Assembly: GCF_039654945.1 (NCBI RefSeq) | Contig: NW_027361723.1 | Coordinates: 3,038,001 to 3,102,000, forward strand | Direction: 5' to 3' | Source of the DNA: Dendrobates tinctorius | Lineage: Eukaryota | Length of the DNA stretch: 64,000 nt | Shown: piece after piece, positions 59,201 through 64,000 of the stretch | How the letters are laid out: each line of letters opens with the position of its first letter | How positions within the stretch are numbered: the first letter of the stretch is position 1 | Made by a program: the position numbers and the translations under genes | Notes under the pieces: model-generated | The model's input: only the letters and a program-made list of their open reading frames with translations | What the model was told of the DNA's origin: nothing | The model's database searches: none

Positions 59201-62200
59201 TAGAGTTGAGCGACTTTTGGTTTTTTAGGGTCGCGTTTCGTTTCGTGAAACCCGACTTTTCCAAAAGTCGGGTCGAGCAAGATCGTCCGATTATAGGGAA
59301 AAGTCGGGGTCGTCCCGAAACACGAAACCCAATGTAAGTCAATGGGGAATAAAAGTCGGCAGTGTGAGGAGGACAGGAAACACACCTACAGTGCCCATTT
59401 GAATGCCAAATGCATCAATTCTTCTTACTTAAGCTTGTCAACCTTAATTAACTTCATAATACATGTTACACACTGAAAAATGGGGGTTATTTGGCTAAAG
59501 TTGTGGGGGGGGAGGGCTGGCTCCAGGTTTTCATGTGCCCTGGGCGAAAGAGCGCCCCTTTAACACATAATACCACAACTCATGATGCTCCGATACGGCA
59601 GAGAAATAGCGGTATAGTACAATGAAAAATACTTCACTTTTTACATCTCATGACGAGGCCCATCTATTTCTCCATACAGAATCATTGGTCCCATATAATG
59701 TTTGAAACAGTATATGATGAGCTCCACATAATGCTACAGTATATGTTGGTCCCCATGGATGAAGCTCCACTGTCTTATGGGCCCAAATAATGCTCCAAAC
59801 ATAATGGGCCCCATTTCTAATGCTCTAGTGTATAATGGGCCCTGTAAATGCTGCTCCAGTGTCTGATGTCCACCTTTGGAATGTTCCAGTGTATCATTCT
59901 CCAGAGTATAGCGCTCCTCAAAAATTGCTGTCCCAACATTGAAAACAATGAAATAAGTCTCCTCGCTAGGGAATCCCTGTACTTGTCTGGACTCCTCGTC
60001 GTCCCCATCTTCCATCTCACTGCACAGTATTTCAACCTTGCAAGTGCTGTGATCCTGAGCAAGCAGGGGGGGCTCACTCGTTGGTGACGGCACTGGCACA
60101 GGGCCTCTGATAGTACGGTGGTGTGTCTGATGGCGGGTGGGCCGAACCTGCACTTTCATCTGCAGCTTCCTCTTTGTCACGGTGTAAGATGGAGCTGTAT
60201 ATGGGAAGGGTAACCTGAGTTTCATCAGGGTCAGATTCAGGCCGTGTAGCGTGCGAGGGGAATGTAGTGGTCTGGGTCAATGTACCAGCAGATTCATCGA
60301 GCAGTGGCTGGGCATCAGTGCACTTGTGTCGCCCCCAGGAGTACGGTCGCCACAGTGGCATTACCTTCCTCCTAGGGAGTGTGATGTCATGCTTGGGAGC
60401 AACGAACGATCTCTCTAGCAGGTTAACTGATTGGGCGGCGTTATTCCCACGAGTCATGACCCTCCAAACAGCGTTCATGAAGGCAAAGTGTTTGTTTTAC
60501 GTGGGCAGTAAGGTTGCAAAGCTGAACCTTAAAGGAATGTCCAGAAGGGCACCACCAGGAGTGGAGCCTAGGGTTAAATTCGACTCCACCTGGGAAACCT
60601 CAAACATGCCAGCTACAGAACAGATGCACACATTGCAAGCTTAATTCCGTTAACGAACGAGACTCCGTCATGCCCCGCGGTCCGAGTCCGGCTTACTAGA
60701 GGGACACGTGAGTCTCTGGCACATGAGATTGGCCAATAACTGGTGTGTCATGCCCTTACATGTCCGTGGCTGCATGTGCGCTACACTGAAAAGGCCAGCG
60801 TTTGTCGCTTACAGGTGCAGATAACCCGCTGAACAACGTTAGTGATGGTGATCACTGATTACAATTATTACCCGCGAACAATGATTTCCCAGGAAGTGCA
60901 GGTCAACTGAAGTTCCGGAATTAGGCCTAACCGTCATTCCTGAAAAAATGAAAAACTTACGTGTGCAAACCACAGGTGCTGTAGCTTGCTTAACAGCTCG
61001 CCAGCTGTTCTCACGCCCAGTATGGATTACACGTGATTGCACAAAGGTGAGAAAGGGTACCGTATCCCCAGATAACATGTATGGATAGCGTACACATTCA
61101 AAATATATGTCTCAGGAGGCAGGCTCAGATGGTGTTAGGCCCAGTATGGATTGCACGTGATTGCACAAAGGTGAGAAAGGGTACCGTATCCCCAGATAAC
61201 ATGTATGGATAGCATAGTGTACACATTCAAAATATATGTCTCAGGAGGCAGGCTCAGACGGTGTTAGGCCCAGTATGGATTGCACGTGATTGCACAAAGG
61301 TTAGAAAGGGTACCGTATCCCCGGATAACATGTATGGATAGCGTACACATTCAAAATATATGTCTCAGGAGGCAGGCTCAGACGGTGTCAGGCCCAGTAT
61401 GGATTGCACGTGATTGCACAAAGGTTAGAAAGGGTACCGTATCCCCGGATAACATGTATGGATAGCGTACACATTCAAAATATATGTCTCAGGAGGCAGG
61501 CTCAGACGGTGTTAGGCCCAGTATGGATTGCACGTGATTGCACAAAGGTTAGAAAGGGTACCGTATCCCCGGATAACATGTATGGATAGCGTACACATTC
61601 AAAATATATGTCTCAGGAGGCAGGCTCAGAAGGTGTTAGGCCCAGTATGGATTGCACTTGATTGCACAAAGGTTAGAAAGGGTTCCGTATCCCCGGATAA
61701 CATGTATGGATAGCGTACACATTCAAAATATATGTCTCAGGAGGCAGGCTCAGACGGTGTTAGGCCCAGTATGGATTGCACTTGATTGCACAAAGGTTAG
61801 AAAGGGTACCGTATCCCCAGATAACATGTATGGATAGCGTACACATTCAAAATATATGTCTCAGGAGGCAGGCTCAGACGGTGTTAGGCCCAGTATGGAT
61901 TGCACGTGATTGCACAAAGGTTAGAAAGGGTACCGTTTCCCCGGATAACATGTATGGATAGCGTACACATTCAAAATATATGTCTATACATCAGGAGGCA
62001 GGCTCAAACGGTGTCAGGCACAGTATGGATTTGACGGCCCAGATTACACAGCGGAGGAGCAGGGAGAGGTAAAGATTGCAAATGCTGGGGCCCTGCCCAA
62101 GCAAGGGGGGCCCACTCGTGGGCGTCGGTACTGGCACTGGGCCCCTCATAGTACAGCGGTGTGTCTGACGGCGGGTGTGCACCACCACCGTCAGAGACAC

Positions 62201-64000
62201 TTGATTGCATTATGAGGGACCCTGTGCCAGTGCCCGCGCCCAAGAGTCGGCCTACCCACCTGTCCAGGGCAACGGCACTCGCACGGTGTCGTGCGCTAGG
62301 TGGTGACCCCGGCCATGGGGGGGGAGGCAGCACAGTTAGGGAGTTTTAGAAAGTGGCATATGTTGATGTTGGACATTCAGCTTATGCAAAAGGCGAAATA
62401 GGTGAAGTCCCAGGAAGAGGTGGACCAAAGCAAGCCATTTTTCTGTCACCCTATGTGTCATCAGGGGAAGGTGGGACAAAATCCTTGGAAACCCATGCAT
62501 GGTTCATTTTAATGAAGGTTAGATCATCCACATTTTGGGTTGACAGACGGGTCCTTTTTTCTGTCAGGATTGATCCAGCTGCACTGAAGACTCTTTCCGA
62601 TAGCACACTTGCAGCTGGGCAAGCGAGCTCCTGTAAGGCATATTGGGCCAATTCAGGCCAGGTGTCCAGTTTAGTGGCCCAATAGTCAAAGGGGAATGAC
62701 CTGTGTGGGAGAACATCGATATGGGAGGAAAAGTAGTTTGTAACCATAGTTGACAACTGCTGTCTCCTGTCACTTTCCATTGATGCTGTATTACCAGTTG
62801 TGTGAGCGGTACTTGAAAAATCAGTCCACAACACTGTCATGAAACCCCTGTCTCCAACGCCACTTCTGCTGTGTGCACCACGAACACCTCTGCCAAGCTG
62901 CCCCCGGCCCGTACGGCTCGTGTGAGAACCATCACCGCTGCTGTGTGCTGGGAATGCCTCAAGCAACCGATTTACCAGAGTTGCTTGTTTATTAGCCAAT
63001 ATTAGGTCAAGGTTCTCCTGTGGCATGATGTTTTGTAATTTGCCTTTATAGCGTGGATCCAGGATGCTGGCCAACCAGTAGTCGTCATCGTTCATCATTT
63101 TGGCAATGCGGGGGTCCCTTTTTAGGATGCGCAAGGCATAATCTGACATGTGGGCCAATGTTCCCGGTGTCAATGATGCACTGCGAGTGCTGGTTGGAGG
63201 AGCACTTTCTGGCAAATCCACATCCCTCCAGTCACGCACAAACCCTGTACCAGACCTTGCCACGCCAACATTTTCACTTGCCCCACGAGATGCATCCTCC
63301 TCCCGTAAGTAATCATCCCCATCATCATCCTCCTCCTCCTCTTCTTCCTCCACCTCGTCCAGGAGAGGTCCCTGAGCAGACAATGGCTGAATGTCATCAA
63401 GGATTCCCTCCTCCTCTTCCTCCTCATCAACATTGGCTGCAGACGCCTGCTCCTTAAGGTGCGTCAAAGTTTGCATGAGCAGACGCATAAGTGGGATGCT
63501 CATGCTTAGGATGGCGTCGTCTGCGCTTACCAGCCGTGTGCATTCCTCAAAACACTGAAGGACTTTACAGAGGTCTTTCAGCTTCGACCACTGCACACCT
63601 GTCAACTCCATGTCTGCTCTCAAAGTGCCTGGCCGTGTATCCTCCCACAAATGCATTATGGCCTGCCTCTGCTCGCACAGCCGCTCCACCATGTGCAGGG
63701 TGGAGTTCCACCTTGTTGCAATGTCGATAATGAGGCGGTGGTTGGGAAGGTGGAGCAATCGCTGCAGCTTCTGCATACGAACGGAGTGTACAGGCGACCG
63801 GCGGATGTGCGCGCACAGTCTTCGCACCTTCTGGAGCAGGGCTGTTAACTCCGGATAATTTTTGAGGAAGCACTGCACCACCAGGTTCAAGGTGTGAGCC
63901 AAGCAAGGTATGTGGCTGAGTTTTGAAAGGGCTATGGCTGCCACAAAATTACGGCCGTTATCACTAACTACCTTGCCTGCCTCAAGATGTACACTGCCCA
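59201..64000 (-). mobile_element. family B element (right end), running off the window
   Basis: TIR TAGAGTTGAGCGACTTTT at 59201 preceded by GTCAGGAG. ~8 copies of the 124-bp repeat (61017-62030) and transposase 1. Confidence 0.95.
62451..64000 (-). CDS. hAT transposase 1, C-terminal ~515 codons, uninterrupted in the visible part
   Basis: Frame open from the window edge (VVSDNGRNF) through CLAH, TRWNS and SERVFS to the stop at 62451. It lacks the ~27405 frameshift seen in the + copy. Confidence 0.88.
   Translation of the reverse strand, partial: GSVHLEAGKVVSDNGRNFVAAIALSKLSHIPCLAHTLNLVVQCFLKNYPELTALLQKVRRLCAHIRRSPVHSVRMQKLQRLLHLPNHRLIIDIATRWNSTLHMVERLCEQRQAIMHLWEDTRPGTLRADMELTGVQWSKLKDLCKVLQCFEECTRLVSADDAILSMSIPLMRLLMQTLTHLKEQASAANVDEEEEEEGILDDIQPLSAQGPLLDEVEEEEEEEDDDGDDYLREEDASRGASENVGVARSGTGFVRDWRDVDLPESAPPTSTRSASLTPGTLAHMSDYALRILKRDPRIAKMMNDDDYWLASILDPRYKGKLQNIMPQENLDLILANKQATLVNRLLEAFPAHSSGDGSHTSRTGRGQLGRGVRGAHSRSGVGDRGFMTVLWTDFSSTAHTTGNTASMESDRRQQLSTMVTNYFSSHIDVLPHRSFPFDYWATKLDTWPELAQYALQELACPAASVLSERVFSAAGSILTEKRTRLSTQNVDDLTFIKMNHAWVSKDFVPPSPDDT

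Overview
Vertebrate genomic DNA, most likely a frog (inferred from the TAG(A/T)GTTGAGC-ended hAT families, the CR1 tails and the histone flanks). The window holds two copies of a replication-dependent histone cluster: ~3.7-12.1 kb (H4+, H1+, H3.2+, H4 pseudogene-, H2B-, H2A+) and ~45.9-54.5 kb (5'-truncated H4+, H3.2-, H1-, H4-, H2B-, H2A+). The H1-H3 block is flipped between the copies, with breakpoints in inverted H4 genes. Between and after the clusters is a dense nest of hAT DNA transposons: a large 'B' family with BED-finger transposases, and foldback 'A' non-autonomous elements. There is also a near-full-length CR1 LINE with both ORFs open and octamer-bearing 127-bp 5' monomers, a solo LTR, and several tandem arrays. 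The main unexplained structure is a single hAT insertion site (8-bp duplication GTCAGGAG) inside the last exon of a Ly6/uPAR gene. Its two halves lie 21 kb apart in permuted order around histone cluster 2, and rejoining them restores the GPI-signal C-terminus. This points to a large tandem duplication. It also suggests the full-length B element is a giant hAT carrying two different, divergently oriented transposases; that is an inference, testable just beyond the window edge. Other notable items are a tandem array of U7-binding (HDE) sites behind H1 (about 4 vs about 24 units), an orphan histone stem-loop, and identical 285-N masks over both H2B genes (probably an artefact).
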